Shown in pieces: positions 13,905 to 27,934 of a DNA stretch of 64,000 bases. Within the stretch, counting starts at the first letter, position 1; each line of letters opens with the position of its first letter. The notes beneath the pieces were generated by a model. That model did no database searches. It saw only the letters and a program-made list of their open reading frames with translations, and was not told the origin of the DNA. Made by a program: the position numbers and the translations under genes. Source of the stretch: Octopus vulgaris (lineage: Eukaryota); assembly GCA_951406725.2 (NCBI GenBank), contig OX597826.1, forward strand, positions 30,318,001 to 30,382,000, in the 5' to 3' direction.

Positions 13905-14083
13905 CTGCCATGGTCAATGCGACGATCACACGCTACGCACCTTCTTTCCAAGCTCTGCTGTAAACAGCAGAAGTGAGCTACAGCGTTAAAACATATTGCG
14001 CACGCACAGTAGTGTCCAAGGTCAATTTGTGCCAAGCGGTTTTACTTTCCGTGCTTCACCTTCCTTACTATGGCAACAGTCCG
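13905..14083 (-). mobile_element. Mariner left-end fragment between SINE B remnants
   Basis: Reverse complement matches 24370-24545. SINE B pieces at ~13795-13895 and ~14095-14210. Confidence 0.75.
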
Positions 14084-14381
14084 TGTTTTGGTTATGACTT
14101 CGAATCCTGCCGATATTGATTTTGCATTTCATCCTTTCGGGAATGAAAATGATAATTACCAGGTGCCCATAAAATCGACTTACACCCTCCCGCGAAATTG
14201 CTGGCCTTTATATCTATATAGACATATAAATAATTCATAAATAAGGGCAAACGAAAAAATTTCTAATGCCAAAAATGCCGAAAAATTGGACATATTGTCC
14301 ATTAACCATATAATTTTTTCACAATACGGACGCTACTTGAAAAAAGGTCGACAGAAATTTCTAAAAAATACCATTATTACC

Positions 14382-14436
14382 ATATCGGACCGATTTCAGG
14401 GTTAGCTCATAACAGCCCTCCCTTCGTCAGTGATAC
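14382..14436 (-). ncRNA. Minimal type I hammerhead ribozyme motif in a Penelope-like fragment (~14225-14578)
   Basis: Minus: gtatca CTGACGA aggg..ccct GAAA tcg GTC cgatat. Stem II aggg/ccct; stem I gtatc/gatat with a mismatch at the first pair. Confidence 0.7.
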
Positions 14437-14585
14437 ATGTGGCAAAAGAAATAAATGAGATACTCATACCCATGGAAGAAGCAAAGAAATATAAATTTAA
14501 CCTTTAAAGGTACTTTTTAATATGCTGGCCATTGATAAAATATTTTTCCAAAAGAATTATTTTATCCTACATTAGATATATAGAC

Positions 14586-14710
<125 letters not shown>

Positions 14711-14970
14711 TAGACAGACAGTGAGCGAGAAAGATACACAAATTTATATGTACGTATGAGTGCGTATGTATGTATACGTGTATGTATGTCATTGTAACTA
14801 AGTTAAAATGACGGCAGATAATTTTCTGTAATGGTGACAAGTAATCGTTAGCTTTCATCCATAATCCTGAACGCAAAATCACTACTCGTGTCGCAGTGTA
14901 TATATTTAAAACAATGCTAGTGACGTGTTGGTGTTTAACCCAAGCAGTTATGTTTATGATTATAATTAGC

Positions 14971-15006
<36 letters not shown>

Positions 15007-15419
15007 TAGATTATTTATTCGTCTGTCCTTGATAGTTCACTCTTTACTTTGTTTTGACAATATGAGCAGCGACTACAACACAAGTAACTACGGTAGAGAG
15101 ACAGTGGCAGCAGTAGCAACAACAACAACACCAACAACAGTAGCAAGAAGTAGAGCAGCAGCAGCAGAAGAAGAAGAACAATGAATACTAGAATGTTCAT
15201 AATCCATATCAAAATATTAAAAATGTATAGATTTAAAGAAATATAAAACCGCAGCGGGGAAACAACTACGACTGCAGACAGAAGGGGCTAAAAACGGGAG
15301 TTAGCTGCATCAAGCATGGTGTTACCGAAAGCTATACAAGCGACATCAACCAGAACTAAGATTATGCGACAGAAGTATAAAAAAAATTCAATAATAGATA
15401 TGAGAATCCTTTTTTAGGG

Positions 15420-15598
15420 AAGAGGCCAAGGCAATTATACCGAAGCTAAGTATTTGATTGGTATTTAATTTATCGACTACGAAAGGGTGAAATGCGAAGT
15501 TGACTACGGCGTAATTTGAACTCAGAACATAAAAACAGAGAAAATGCCGCTAAGCATTTTTGCTTGGCGCGCTACCGATTCTGTCAACTCGTGGCCTT
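15420..15598 (-). mobile_element. SINE family B
   Basis: tttatcgactacgaaagggtgaaatgcgaagttgac...atttgaactcagaac...ccgctaagcatttt. Confidence 0.8.
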
Positions 15599-15610
15599 AA
15601 TAATAATAAA

Positions 15611-15995
15611 GCAAACGAACAGTGTTAATTGAGAAAGAAAGCAAACGATGCTGGATCATAGATACAGCATTCCCAGCTGGCAACAAGATATGCGATATGG
15701 AAGGAAGAAAGGTCGATAGATATGACAGGTTAGCTTGGGAGGTTAAATAGTTGTGGTTGATGAAAAAGGCGGTAGTAGTACCATTAAGCCCTGGGAACGG
15801 TGAGTAGAAATCTTCAGAAGTGCATGGAAGAAATAGGGGCGCAATAAGGGTGGAGCACTTGCAGAAAATAGCACTGCTTGGAACCGCTCGAATACTCCGG
15901 AAGGTGCTCGAAAAATAAAGGGTGTTACCTTAGTTCACTGGTAGTGAACAGCGGGTACCGTAGTACATCTCCAGCGTTAGAAGCTGTGCAAAGGC
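15611..15995 (+). mobile_element. R4/Dong-like RLE LINE 3' end, decayed
   Basis: Translates VLIEKESKRCWIIDTAFP...LQKIALLGTARILRKVLEK* (stop 15916-15918); followed by (AAT)n at 15996-16108. Confidence 0.85.
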
Positions 15996-15999
15996 AATA

Positions 16000-16062
<63 letters not shown>

Positions 16063-16072
16063 TATAATGATG

Positions 16073-16109
<37 letters not shown>

Positions 16110-16868
16110 GAATAAGAAGAAGAAGAAGAAGAAGTAAAAGGTACAGTTAGAAAAGGAGAAAAAAGCTATTAACTACAAGATTCAACTGTAACAATAACTA
16201 ACACAGCAAAATCAGAAACAGCAACAACAATAACATGAATAACTGATGCTTACAATGAATAACAACAACCACAACAGCAACAACCAATCAACACATCTAA
16301 CAACGTCGTCAACATCCATTCCCATAATGGCGAAGGAATGACGGGAAGTGAAAGGAAGTGGGTGGGAGACGCACTGCCAATAAAGCGTTAAGTTGCTGCC
16401 ATTTTTTTTTTTTTCCTTTTCTCAAATTACTGCTAAATGTTTGGGTAAATGAGGAAGAGAAAATGGATAGCGTAAGTTTATTTTGTGAGCAGCAATTGAC
16501 CGACTGACCAAGCGTTCGATACACCAATTACCATGATGAATGTCAATATTTAAATGAAAGTTCAGTTTCAATATCACCATGATGGGAAAGAAAATAATAT
16601 ATGTCTGTGTGTGTATACACACATATGCACATGTGTATGTGTGTGTGTATATATATATATATGTTTGTATGAATGTATATATATACTATATACATAAGTA
16701 TATATATCATACGTACATATATATGTGTGTGCATATATGTATATATATATGTGTATATATATGTACCTATATATTTATATTTATCTATCTGTCAATGTAT
16801 CTACCTATTCATCTATCTATCTTTATATATATATACATATATATTATATTATATACATATACATATAC

Positions 16869-16942
<74 letters not shown>

Positions 16943-17257
16943 GTATGTATATATATTTATGTACCAATGGGGAGAATATTGATTGAAACGATGTAAGACA
17001 GAATAGGAAAGAAAAAAAGTGAAAACAAACCAGTAAAGAAGAGACGACAAAGGAAAAAAAGAAAAGAACGAAGCAGTTTTCAGTGTCTCTGTTCCTAAGA
17101 TTTATTACATGTCTTGATTGGACCTGGCTGATTCCACACAGATTTCAGACGACAAATTAGAAGGGAAGAAGTAAACAAAAGAAGAAAAATTTACAAATAA
17201 ATAACAATACCAATAATAATAATAATAACACAAGCACTAATAATAATAATAATAATA

Positions 17258-17373
17258 GTTCTTATTTTATCGATGAAAGGCAAAGTCGATCTTAGCGGAA
17301 TTCGGACTCAAAGCGAAGCGACCGGCGCTTGGCATTTCGTCCAGCGGGCTATCGATTCTGCCAGCTCGCTGCC
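17258..17373 (-). mobile_element. SINE family B fragment
   Basis: atgaaaggcaaagtcga...cgattctgccagctcgctgcc, abutting (AAT)n at 17379-17483. Confidence 0.8.
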
Positions 17374-17393
17374 TTTTCAATAATAATAATAAC

Positions 17394-17470
<77 letters not shown>

Positions 17471-18404
17471 TAATAATAATAATGAAATGTCCGAAACAAC
17501 GGGAGAGATAATTCTGTATACATGATACGACAGCTAATATAAATCACTTTTTTATTCAACCAAAATGAGGATGTGGCTGCTGTGTGTAAACATGGTTACA
17601 GAAGTAATGGGCGTGGTGTGATGACGGAATATTGAGTCGGTTTATTAATCAAGAACCGGACTAGCACATTCTTCTTTTCTGCTATTGATTTTGCATAATT
17701 ATCCGAATTATCCTATGAATATTACTGGTATTTATTTTGATACACTTCCGGAGAGATGAATTATTAGAGTGATTCAAACTGTTAACGAACTTAAATGAAA
17801 AATGGATGTACGTAATTGGAAACCTTGACAGATTTACTGCAGTACTGTACTGGTTCTTAAATATCTGGCAATAAATAATCTAGAAGGAAACAATGGAGAA
17901 ACAAAGAAATAAGACTATCACTGAGACTTGTGCAGTTTTTGCGTAATACACAGCATGGAAATTTATCCGATTACAGCAAAGTTAGCGTGTGCTTTGATTA
18001 AAGATTTCTCAACTAGGAATAAAACATTACGTGTTATTAAACACTGCAAGCATCATCTTGCAAAAAAGAAAGGGAACGAAAAACGAAACAAGAACCTGTT
18101 AAATCAATGGGAGTCAAAGTATGGGACCAATACTTTGTTGACTTATTTACGATTATACAACACAACGACTGGGTAATCGATAACGCCTTATAATTAATAG
18201 ATGAGTGACTAGGGTACCGTTCATGGGCAACTCTTGTTTTTTGTTTATGATAATATTGACTTAAATTCGAAGAACGAGGGCAGGTCATTCAGGATGTCGT
18301 GAACAGCAACGAAATGACGCTAACAAACCAACTGATTGAGAGATTGAACGAACGATTAATCAAGTAGTCGATTAATCAAATGTTTATTTGGTTACCTTGT
18401 TAAC

Positions 18405-18504
<100 letters not shown>

Positions 18505-18522
18505 TATAATAATAACAACAAC

Positions 18523-18772
18523 ATCCCAGGAGACCCATATCTCAAAGCAAACCTAAAGATAGTGTTGACAAATACTACCTACGTCCTTAGTAAAACCCAA
18601 TCCCGTTAAATGATTTGTATCGCGTTAATTATATAAATCTATGTCTGTACTGTCTTCCCCACTTACCCTCTCCAAGCTTTCAATTGCATCTCATCATCTC
18701 CTAACAGTCACTTGTCCTAAGTCGCTATGATCTGACAAGTAGTTCTATCAGATACGCAAATTAAAAGCAAAG
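18523..18772 (+). mobile_element. R4/Dong-like RLE LINE, extreme 3' fragment
   Basis: IPGDPYLKANLKIVLTNTTYVLSKTQSR* parallels IPGNPKMAEVQKIVLMGTAHILRKILSM* of the 35735 ORF. Flanked by (AAT)n and (AAT)/(GAT)n. Confidence 0.7.
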
Positions 18773-19281
18773 TAATAATGATGATGATGATGATGATGAT
18801 GAAATAGAACCAATGCGTGCGTTTCATATGGAAAAAAACTGTCCTTCTGAATGACTATGATGTTACTTGATAATTACCTTAATTATACACGTGTCCGTGG
18901 AATATTCAACCACTTAAACGTTAATTCAGGAGTAGGTAATTCAGTAGATCAAACAACGGAATCACCGTTGCCGAACGACTGTGATTCGCTGCTATCATAT
19001 TTGATAAATCTCTTTAAAACGTCACTCTTTACAAAGACAGAATGTTTTTAAAAGCGCAGGGTTGACAAATTTATATTGAAAGTTTATTTAATCGCTGAAT
19101 TTACGCGCTAGAAATAGCAGTCAAATCTCGCTGAAAGAAAACACACTCTTGAGAAAATACATCGAATCATGTGTTCCTACAGACCCCTTAAGAGAAGACA
19201 TGGCAAGGAAGTCTTTATTTTTAGGTTCTGATTAATGTGGAGAGATCTGCACCAATTAGCGATTTATTACATCGACACTGA

Positions 19282-19562
19282 GTGAAAGCGCGGTGGCTGA
19301 GTGGATCGTAAGGTCGTGTGCTCAATTCCTAGTGATGTATTTTGTCCTTAAGCAAGGCACTTTATTTTCAGGCCACTCAGTTGGCAAATATGAGCTGTAC
19401 CTGTAATTCAAAGGGGGCCAGCGTTGTCACATTCTGTGTCATGTTGCATCTCCCTGAGAGCTACATTAATGTGCTCAGCCACTTGCACGCTAATGTCACA
19501 TGTAGGCTGTTCTGTTAATCGATGGAGTTCCACACCACCACCTCCAACAACACCACTATGCC
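19282..19562 (+). mobile_element. SINE family C with 13-bp TSD
   Basis: TSD acatcgacactga at 19269-19281 and 19563-19575; A box ggtggctgagtgg; tgtccttaagcaaggcactt; (CAC/CAA)n tail. Confidence 0.85.
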
Positions 19563-19970
19563 ACATCGACACTGATTCCCAATTTGGGAGAAAAAAAAAT
19601 CAATTATATCGATTATATTGGTTATATTCCCCACAGAAGGATGAAGGCCAAACTTGGCCTCGGTAGGATCTACGACTAAATAACCAAAGCATTAATTTAC
19701 ATTCTAGATCTATTAGAAATAGCTGCCCAAGTCTGCTGGAAACAGCGCTCTCCAGACTTCTGTATCTCAAATTCCGAACCATCTAGAGGAGCCTGGTGTT
19801 TGTATCATCAAGCCAATCTAGAAAACCCCTATTTCATAGACAAGATGAATTATGGGTAATATACACATCTGATGTCTTGTCAATTGCATATATAATCAAA
19901 AACTGTGATATACGTAGCAGTCTTGAAACTCTTTCATGGACGAGATGAATTGTGGATCATATACATAACG

Positions 19971-20395
19971 CGTAAGCGTAGCTGTGTGGAAAGAAGCTTA
20001 CTTCCCAAGCACATGATTCCGGGTTCAGTCCCACTGTGTGGCACCTTGCGCAAGTGTCTTCTACTATAGGCTTGGAGGGACCAAAGCCTTGTGAGTGGAT
20101 TTGGTAGATGAAAACTGAAAGAAGCCCGTCATATATATATATATAAATGTGTGTGTGTGTGTGTGTGTGTATTTATGTATGTCTTTGTGTCTGTGTTTGT
20201 TCCCCCATCACCGTTTGACAACTGGTCCTAGCGTGTTTGCCTCGCCGTTACCTAGTGGTTCGACAAAAGTGTCCGACTGAGCAAGTACCTGGCTTAAGAA
20301 ATAGATCCTGGGGTCGATTTCTTCTTCAAGGTGCTGCTCCAGTATGGCCGCAGTCTAATGACTGAAACAATTTAAAGAACAAAAGAAGAATAAAG
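19971..20395 (+). mobile_element. SINE family A, full length
   Basis: tRNA head, internal (TA)/(TG)n and tail all present. Confidence 0.9.
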
Positions 20396-21040
20396 AAGAG
20401 ATTTCTTCTTTTTTTTTCGTCACTTATTTGTATTTTACCAAATCCTGGTGTTGGCACTATCAAGGAAGTTTGGAAGCTTCTTCAAAGACAAAATGAATTA
20501 CGAGCGGCGTATACACAACTACACTTCATCACGTGCTTATATAACGAGATTTATCCACATCACTTCCTCTCGCCATAATTTCCCCTGATTGAATACTATA
20601 AATGTTATATTTCATTGGCAATATTTATTTACCTTCCAATTTATATAAATCGAATTCTTTATACACTACCATCAGATATCAATGCATTGCATAAGAAGAT
20701 CTCTTCTCAATACCTTTATACAAACTAAACATTCAGAAAGCAAGCCCTGTCTGTTTGTTGTGTATTTTTCCAGTGTTCGCATCACGAGTTATTGTTAAAG
20801 CTAAGCAACAATTATCATTCATAAATTGATTTTCCCTCAGCTACACCAGCTATCAACTTACACAACTCCTCGTCTCTATATAAATGTGCAAACATGTTAA
20901 AAGCAACGTCAAGACGAAAACTGGTTTTCCTTTATGGAGATGTCATTAGAGATGTTTTATATATTTAGGCGTATAAACTTGTATCGTTAGCTCTGCCAAT
21001 TATTTTCTAAATTATACATTAACGATGTGATAACAATAGA

Positions 21041-21140
<100 letters not shown>

Positions 21141-21164
21141 CTGTCTCTCTCTCCCTATATATAT

Positions 21165-21216
<52 letters not shown>

Positions 21217-21304
21217 CCTCCCGAGCGTCAAACTAATATTCCTGTTTATTGTTACCTCACCTGTCTTCGTCTTGTTACCTGTAAATTTGAAGAACTATAT
21301 ATTC

Positions 21305-21696
21305 TTTATTCTTTACTTGTTTCAGTCATTTGACTGCGGCCATGCTGGAGCACCGCCTTTAATCGAGCAACTCGACCCCAGGACTTATTCTTTTGTAAGC
21401 CCAGTACTTATTCTATCGGTCTCTTTTTGCCGAACCGCTAAGTAACAGGGACATAAACGCACCAGCATCGGTTGTTAAGCAATGCTAGGGGGACAAACAC
21501 AGACACACAAACACACACACGCATACATATATACGACGGGCTTCTTTCAGTTTCCGTCTACCAAATCCACTCACAAGGCTTTGGTCGGCCCGAGGCTATA
21601 GTAGAAGACACTTGCCCAAGGTGCCACGCAGTGGGACTGAACCCGGAACCATGTGCTTAGTAAACAAGCTACTTACCACACAGCCACTCCTACGCC
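21305..21696 (-). mobile_element. SINE family A, full length, young
   Basis: Closely matches 62945-63348; flanked by an 84-bp identical direct repeat (21219-21302, 21741-21824). Confidence 0.95.
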
Positions 21697-21703
21697 ATAT
21701 ATG

Positions 21704-21738
<35 letters not shown>

Positions 21739-22979
21739 CTTCCCGAGCGTCAAACTAATATTCCTGTTTATTGTTACCTCACCTGTCTTCGTCTTGTTAC
21801 CTGTAAATTTGAAGAACTATATATGTATATATATATATATGTATATATGAATAGTAAATAGTGGCACAAAGTGCCAACTAGTTGCATTATTTCGATGGAA
21901 AATAATATTATTGCATTGTAATACTACATATATATATATATATATATACATGTATGTGTGTGTGTGTGTATGTATATACATGCATACATACTTATCAATA
22001 AATCTGTTTGTGTATCCACCTACCTGCCTACATCATTACCTACCAGCACACAGGAATAGATATACACAAACATGTACACACATTGAAACAACCACGCACT
22101 TATATGTACAAGTATTTATATATATATACGTATATATAGTCGACGCAACTCGACATAACGTTTGAAGATACAGATTAATGGTCACAACGATACTTCTGAC
22201 CTAGCATCATTCTAAAATACTAAAATAGACCACTTATCAATAACAATCAACTCGTGACTTTTGATGCATGCATCGAACGGTTAAAACTAGACTAAGAGTT
22301 ATGATTCGTACTCGAGTCATTGGGCCTGACGCTGACGGTGAACAATATACACACAAACATACTAGCATACATGCAAGTATGGACACACAAATATACACGC
22401 GCACACACACACACCTACACACACACACACGCACACACACACACACACACTCTCTCTCTCTCTCTCTCTCTCTCTTCCTCTCTCTCTCTCTCTTCCTCTC
22501 TCTCTCACTATATATATATATATGTGTGTGTATGTGTGTGTGTGTGCGTGTTCTGCGTGGATGTTTGTGTATTACTGTCTGCGAGTATATGTATGGGAAG
22601 ATAGAGATTAGATTAGTGTTTGAAGATAGAGATAGGTTCTTCAATTACGCAGTTACATCAACTTACACGTGTTTCAGTGAATGTTATTGTCGAAATATGT
22701 AATCCAAGCCAAGAATACATTCTGTATCCTCAGTTCACCAGAAATTCATACAAACACTGCTGATGACACAGTAAATATATCCAGAAGCGACACACCAGTT
22801 TTGTTTGTTTACTTCTTTTTTTGTTATGTATACTTTGTGATGTTGTAACTATGGAGACTAGAAATAATAAGTTCTTTTTATCGTTTTTTTTTCTTTCTAT
22901 CAATAAAAATTTGTACGGAGTTTTAATACTTGTTATACATCAAGCAATTAAAAGCTAACTGTAGAAATATATGTAGACA

Positions 22980-23034
<55 letters not shown>

Positions 23035-23329
23035 TCATAGATTTAACATCTCTTATATATATATATATATATATAAATGAATGAATGTATGTATATGTGT
23101 GTATTGTGCTATTGGGACGCTTTTATTTTATTAACCGGGTAAAACAGGATACTTGATAAGTTTTCAATATAATGAACACACAAACACACATACACATACG
23201 TACGCGCGCATACACACATATGTATACAAATATACATAATTTATATATATGTATATATATGTATATACACACAAACGCACACATTTGTACACACATATAT
23301 GTATATGTATGTATATATATATATATGTA

Positions 23330-24297
23330 TGTACACACGTATATATATTTATATATGCATGTGTATATACATGTAGATGTAGGTACGTACATATATGTTT
23401 GTATGTATGTTTGTATGTATGCATATATTTTATTTATTACACTATTGTATGACTGAGCGCCTTCGCGTCGATTCGATTCGATTCGTTTGGTTTCGTTTCG
23501 TTTCTTCTTCTTCTCTAAGCTGGTTTTTATATATAATTATGACGCGAAACCCTATAACTCCTTCTTATCTCTTTCTTTCACCCTCCTTTGCTTCCTTCCT
23601 CCCTATCTCTCTCTCTCTCTCTCACTCCTCCTCATCTCTCTCACAGCCGGGTCTACGAACTTCCTTTCGCTGGTGGCCTTATTCAAATAAACATATTTCT
23701 TCCTGCGCTCGTGAAAACATTTTTTCCTCGTCTAGGCTTATAGGCCCTCTTTATTTGTTTTCCTGTCCTGTTTCCATTTCCTTCTTGTACTGTATTGTTT
23801 GTAATTGTATTTTTATTTTGTATTTGTTTTTAATTGTATTGTTTTTACGTCCTGTTTTTGTCACATTTTTTTCCTTGTTTTTACCCCTCTGCAAAGGAAT
23901 TTTATTTAATTCTTTCGCAGGAAGGACTAGTTCGACGAGACGTGTTCTGTCCTCACCTTCGAAACACGCTGGAGTTCAACTAGGGACAACTGATGAAGGG
24001 GATTTTTCTTTGTGTAGTTGTCTTGCACTTTGTTTTTTCGTTGTTAAAAAAAAAAATGGTCCGTTCCATGATGTTTTTACGTTTTCGTTTCTCGTTGAGT
24101 TCTACGTCTATTTGTGGTGTCCTGTACACACGTATATATATTTATATATGCATGTATATATACATGTAGATGTAGGTACGTACATATATGTTTGTATGTA
24201 TGCATATATTTTATTTATTACACTATTGTATGATTGAGCGCCTTCGCGTCGATTCGATTCGATTCGTTTGGTTTCGTTTCTTCTTCTTCTCTAAGCT

Positions 24298-24302
<5 letters not shown>
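23330..24302. repeat. Partial tandem repeat, 793-bp period (Penelope-like element remnant)
   Basis: 23330-23526 repeats at 24123-24302. The unit contains acaactgatgaagggg...gtcctgtac, related to the arms of the 50781 palindrome. Confidence 0.7.
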
Positions 24303-24334
<32 letters not shown>

Positions 24335-24349
24335 TGATATATAAATGTA

Positions 24350-25168
24350 CGAGGTCTGATCAATGAGTGTCCGGACTGTTGCCATAGTAACGAAGCTAAA
24401 ATATACAGAGTATAGCCGCTTGGCAGATATTGACCGTGAACTGTGCTACGCATGCGCACTAAGTTTTAACCTTCTACTTCACTTCCGCTGTTTACAGCAG
24501 TTCTTGGAAGGCTCGCGTGTAGCACATGATCGTCGCATTGACCATGACAAAGAAAATTGTTATGGCGATACTATCTCAGATGTCTACACAAAGCTGCAGA
24601 AACTGTAGGGAGAGGAGTGTATGATCCGCATACAAGTGTGTAAGCCGCATACAAGTGTACGAGTGGTTCAGACGTTTCCAAGATGGCCGAAAATATGTCG
24701 ATGTGAAACCCGTTACCTGCAGAACTGAGGAAAACATCATAGATGTGCGTGCAGCTGTGAGGGGAAATCGTCGAATCAAAGTTCCGTGAGTTATCAGAGG
24801 ATGTATAGATTAGTTACGGTTCAGTTCAGTCCATTATCACTGAAGATTTGGGTATTAGACGCGTGTCTGCCAAGTTTGTGCCCAAACCGTTCTCAGCTGA
24901 CCCAAAACACACTCGGCTATCAGTTGCACAAGATCTCCTTGATTGTGTCCAGGACGATGACTTTTTCAAATCTTTGTGTAGGCCTGTGAGCAGGTATTGC
25001 GAAGCTTTTGGCAAAATTTGATGCAGATTCTCTGCTCGACATTCTCCGTCATGTTCAATGCGACGATCACACGCTACACATCTTCCTTCTTACAACGTTG
25101 CAGAGTCCAAGTTCGATCTGTGCCTAGCAGCTTCACTCTCCGTGCTTTAGCCTCAGTCCGAATACTTA
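24350..25168 (+). mobile_element. Mariner derivative with transposase N-terminal pseudogene
   Basis: TA|cgaggtctgatcaa end. Translates VYEWFRRFQDGR...ISYGSVQSIITEDLGIRRVSAKFVPK (mariner HTH and WVP-like linker). 24995-25168 is an inverted left end. Confidence 0.85.
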
Positions 25169-25311
25169 TATATATGCAACCACGTATATATGTGTGTGTG
25201 TGTAGCTGTGCGTGTCTGTTTGTGTGTGGCTATGTGTGTGCGTGCGTGTATGTGTGTGTATACATTTATATATATATATATATATTATGTATCTATGTGT
25301 GTGTGTGAATG

Positions 25312-25361
<50 letters not shown>

Positions 25362-25867
25362 AACGCGCGCGCACACACACACACACACTCTCCCATCCAT
25401 CCACAAGGATACACCTAGCTTTGCTAATCTAATACTTCTGAGTATATGCGACTATGACTGTTGTTGAACAGACTGTAACTGACAAATTCTGTTGCGCAAC
25501 AATAAATTAAGAGAGATTTGGCGAGATGCTAAGGCATAAAGAAAATTCTATTAGTCTAAAAGAGGAACCACATAAATAGAGTTAGGAAAACACAGTTAAA
25601 GAGGGTTGAATGAGGAGGAGATAAAGAAAATATCGGGTGAGAGAAGAGGACCGGGTAGAATGAGGGTGTAACAGTATGTGATAAAGGCTGTTCAGAGTTA
25701 CAAAAGACCAGAGAGATAGAAATAAACTTTGTTCAAAGCATGATTTCCTTTATTACAATCGGTCGGTTCTTTGATGCATGGAACTTCGTTAATAAAATAT
25801 GATATTGTTTATAATCATTTATTGTCGATCGAAGTTTCTCGCTCTTTTCCCCTTCAAATGGTCTGTG

Positions 25868-25934
<67 letters not shown>

Positions 25935-26346
25935 TCTTATTTTGACATATCCATATATTTTGATATGTTTGTATTTATATATATATATATATGCATGTAT
26001 GTAGCTATATATGTTATGTGTGTGTATACACTCACACACAGAGAGAGAAAGGGAGGGAGATTCATGCATATACATACTATCAATTTATGTGTTTCTACAT
26101 GTTATGTGGTTGGAATTGGAAAGACAGAGTACGGAAGTGAATCAATCAAACACCTATCGATTGCATATCGTGGTTCAAACTTTACCTATATACTGGGCTT
26201 ACAATTTAAATGAGGGGGGCGTTTCAATTCATCTTTTACTGCGAAGACAGAAGTTACGTGACTTTAGCTCATGTCTTTGATCAAGCTAGTATCATCTGTA
26301 ATTGGTTCCTAGACACATGTCAAGCATCGGTTTGACGCATATCACC

Positions 26347-26422
<76 letters not shown>

Positions 26423-26689
26423 CAGATACATACATGTGTACACATACGTACATAGATATAGATACATTCACACACACACACACACAACCATAAATATATA
26501 TACATTAATTAATGGAAAGAGAAAATATCAACGGGTGTCACTTGTTTTCAAATGCAAATATTGAACTTAGTTGCTAACCTACATAACTGTTCGCACACGT
26601 ATTATTTAATGCGAAATATTAGTAATTTGTAACCGAAAGACCGTTTAGTTAATTTTCTTCAATGAAAATTGGTTTTGGATACACAGACT

Positions 26690-26885
26690 TGCACTTGTGT
26701 ATGTTTGCGTTTGTGCTTGTCTCCCGCTAACACTAGGAAATTGGTGTTGGTTTAGCAAAAGGTTCCGATAGAATAAGTACCAGATTTAAAAAGAATAAGT
26801 ATTTTGGGTGTCACTTTGTTCGATTGACATTCTTCAAGAAGGTGCTGCAGCTTGGTCGAAGTCCAATGACTGAAATATGCAAAAG
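26690..26885 (+). mobile_element. SINE family A, 3' half, diverged
   Basis: ccgatagaataagtacc...ttcaagaaggtgctgcagc...aatgactgaaa. Confidence 0.7.
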
Positions 26886-26927
26886 GTATATATAAGCACG
26901 TTTGTGTGTTTCAAGATATATATTGTT

Positions 26928-27126
26928 CAGGGGCGTGCCACCTAGGCAAGCAAGGTAGGCAGTTTCTACCTTGAATAAAATAGATCAATTGCTAATGCAA
27001 GAAAATTATGAAGAGTACTCTGATTACTATGCATAAAATGCAAAGTATTTTATTTTTTTGTTTATTAGGAAGGCATAATTCTCCCCTGCCTTTCAATCTC
27101 AGTATTAAAGCTACGCATAATACTGC
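26928..27126. mobile_element. Possible hAT-like MITE remnant
   Basis: caggggcgtgccacctaggcaagcaaggtaggcag start resembles hAT MITE ends; the partner end is unclear. Confidence 0.3.
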
Positions 27127-27878
27127 TGTAGTACATATGCTGCATACATTCCTACAACAACATTTTCTTTACATATTATAAAGGCTGAAGTAAATCTGCC
27201 TTCAACTCAGTCGCGCGCCTGAGTTTCGCTTATTTTTATGTGTTTTACTACATAAATGTCGCCAACTGACTACCCTGAGTAATTACTGACGGCACATGCC
27301 TGATATTGTTCACAACGATTGAAAGTCTGTTGATATTGTATCCCAGCTCAGCCCGGGTAAAATATACCTCGGACCAATAATGATCCAGATTTGACCGTCC
27401 CATTTTGCTTATGTCTAAAGACTACATTGTACAATATGGCCTTCTCTGAAACGTTAGCTTGGTTGCTATTTCTACAAATATATTTTTTTCAATATTAACA
27501 AAAAGGGAGACTGTTTGCTAAAAATAAAACACACACAGCAAAAACACACATACAATTATACACATATGTTAAATAGACGCGTAAATACACACATAGTGAA
27601 GTTGGCATGTATCTCCATACATAGATACATACACACACATAGATGTGTATGTGTATATAAATATATATAAATATATATATATATATATGTATACATATAT
27701 ATATATGTATACATATATATACATACAGACATATATATATATATATGCATGTACATATGTATACATAAACATGGATGTACGCTTGCACACACACAAACAC
27801 AGTCACACACACACACATACACACACACACACACACACGCGTATATATATACACACACGCATATAGGTAATACATATA

Positions 27879-27934
<56 letters not shown>

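Noticed and set aside
20876-20885. TATA-box-like ctatataaat
   Set aside because: Uninformative in such AT-rich DNA; no downstream gene evidence.
23395-24237. 280-aa ORF
   Set aside because: Low-complexity T-rich repeat sequence without recognisable motifs.
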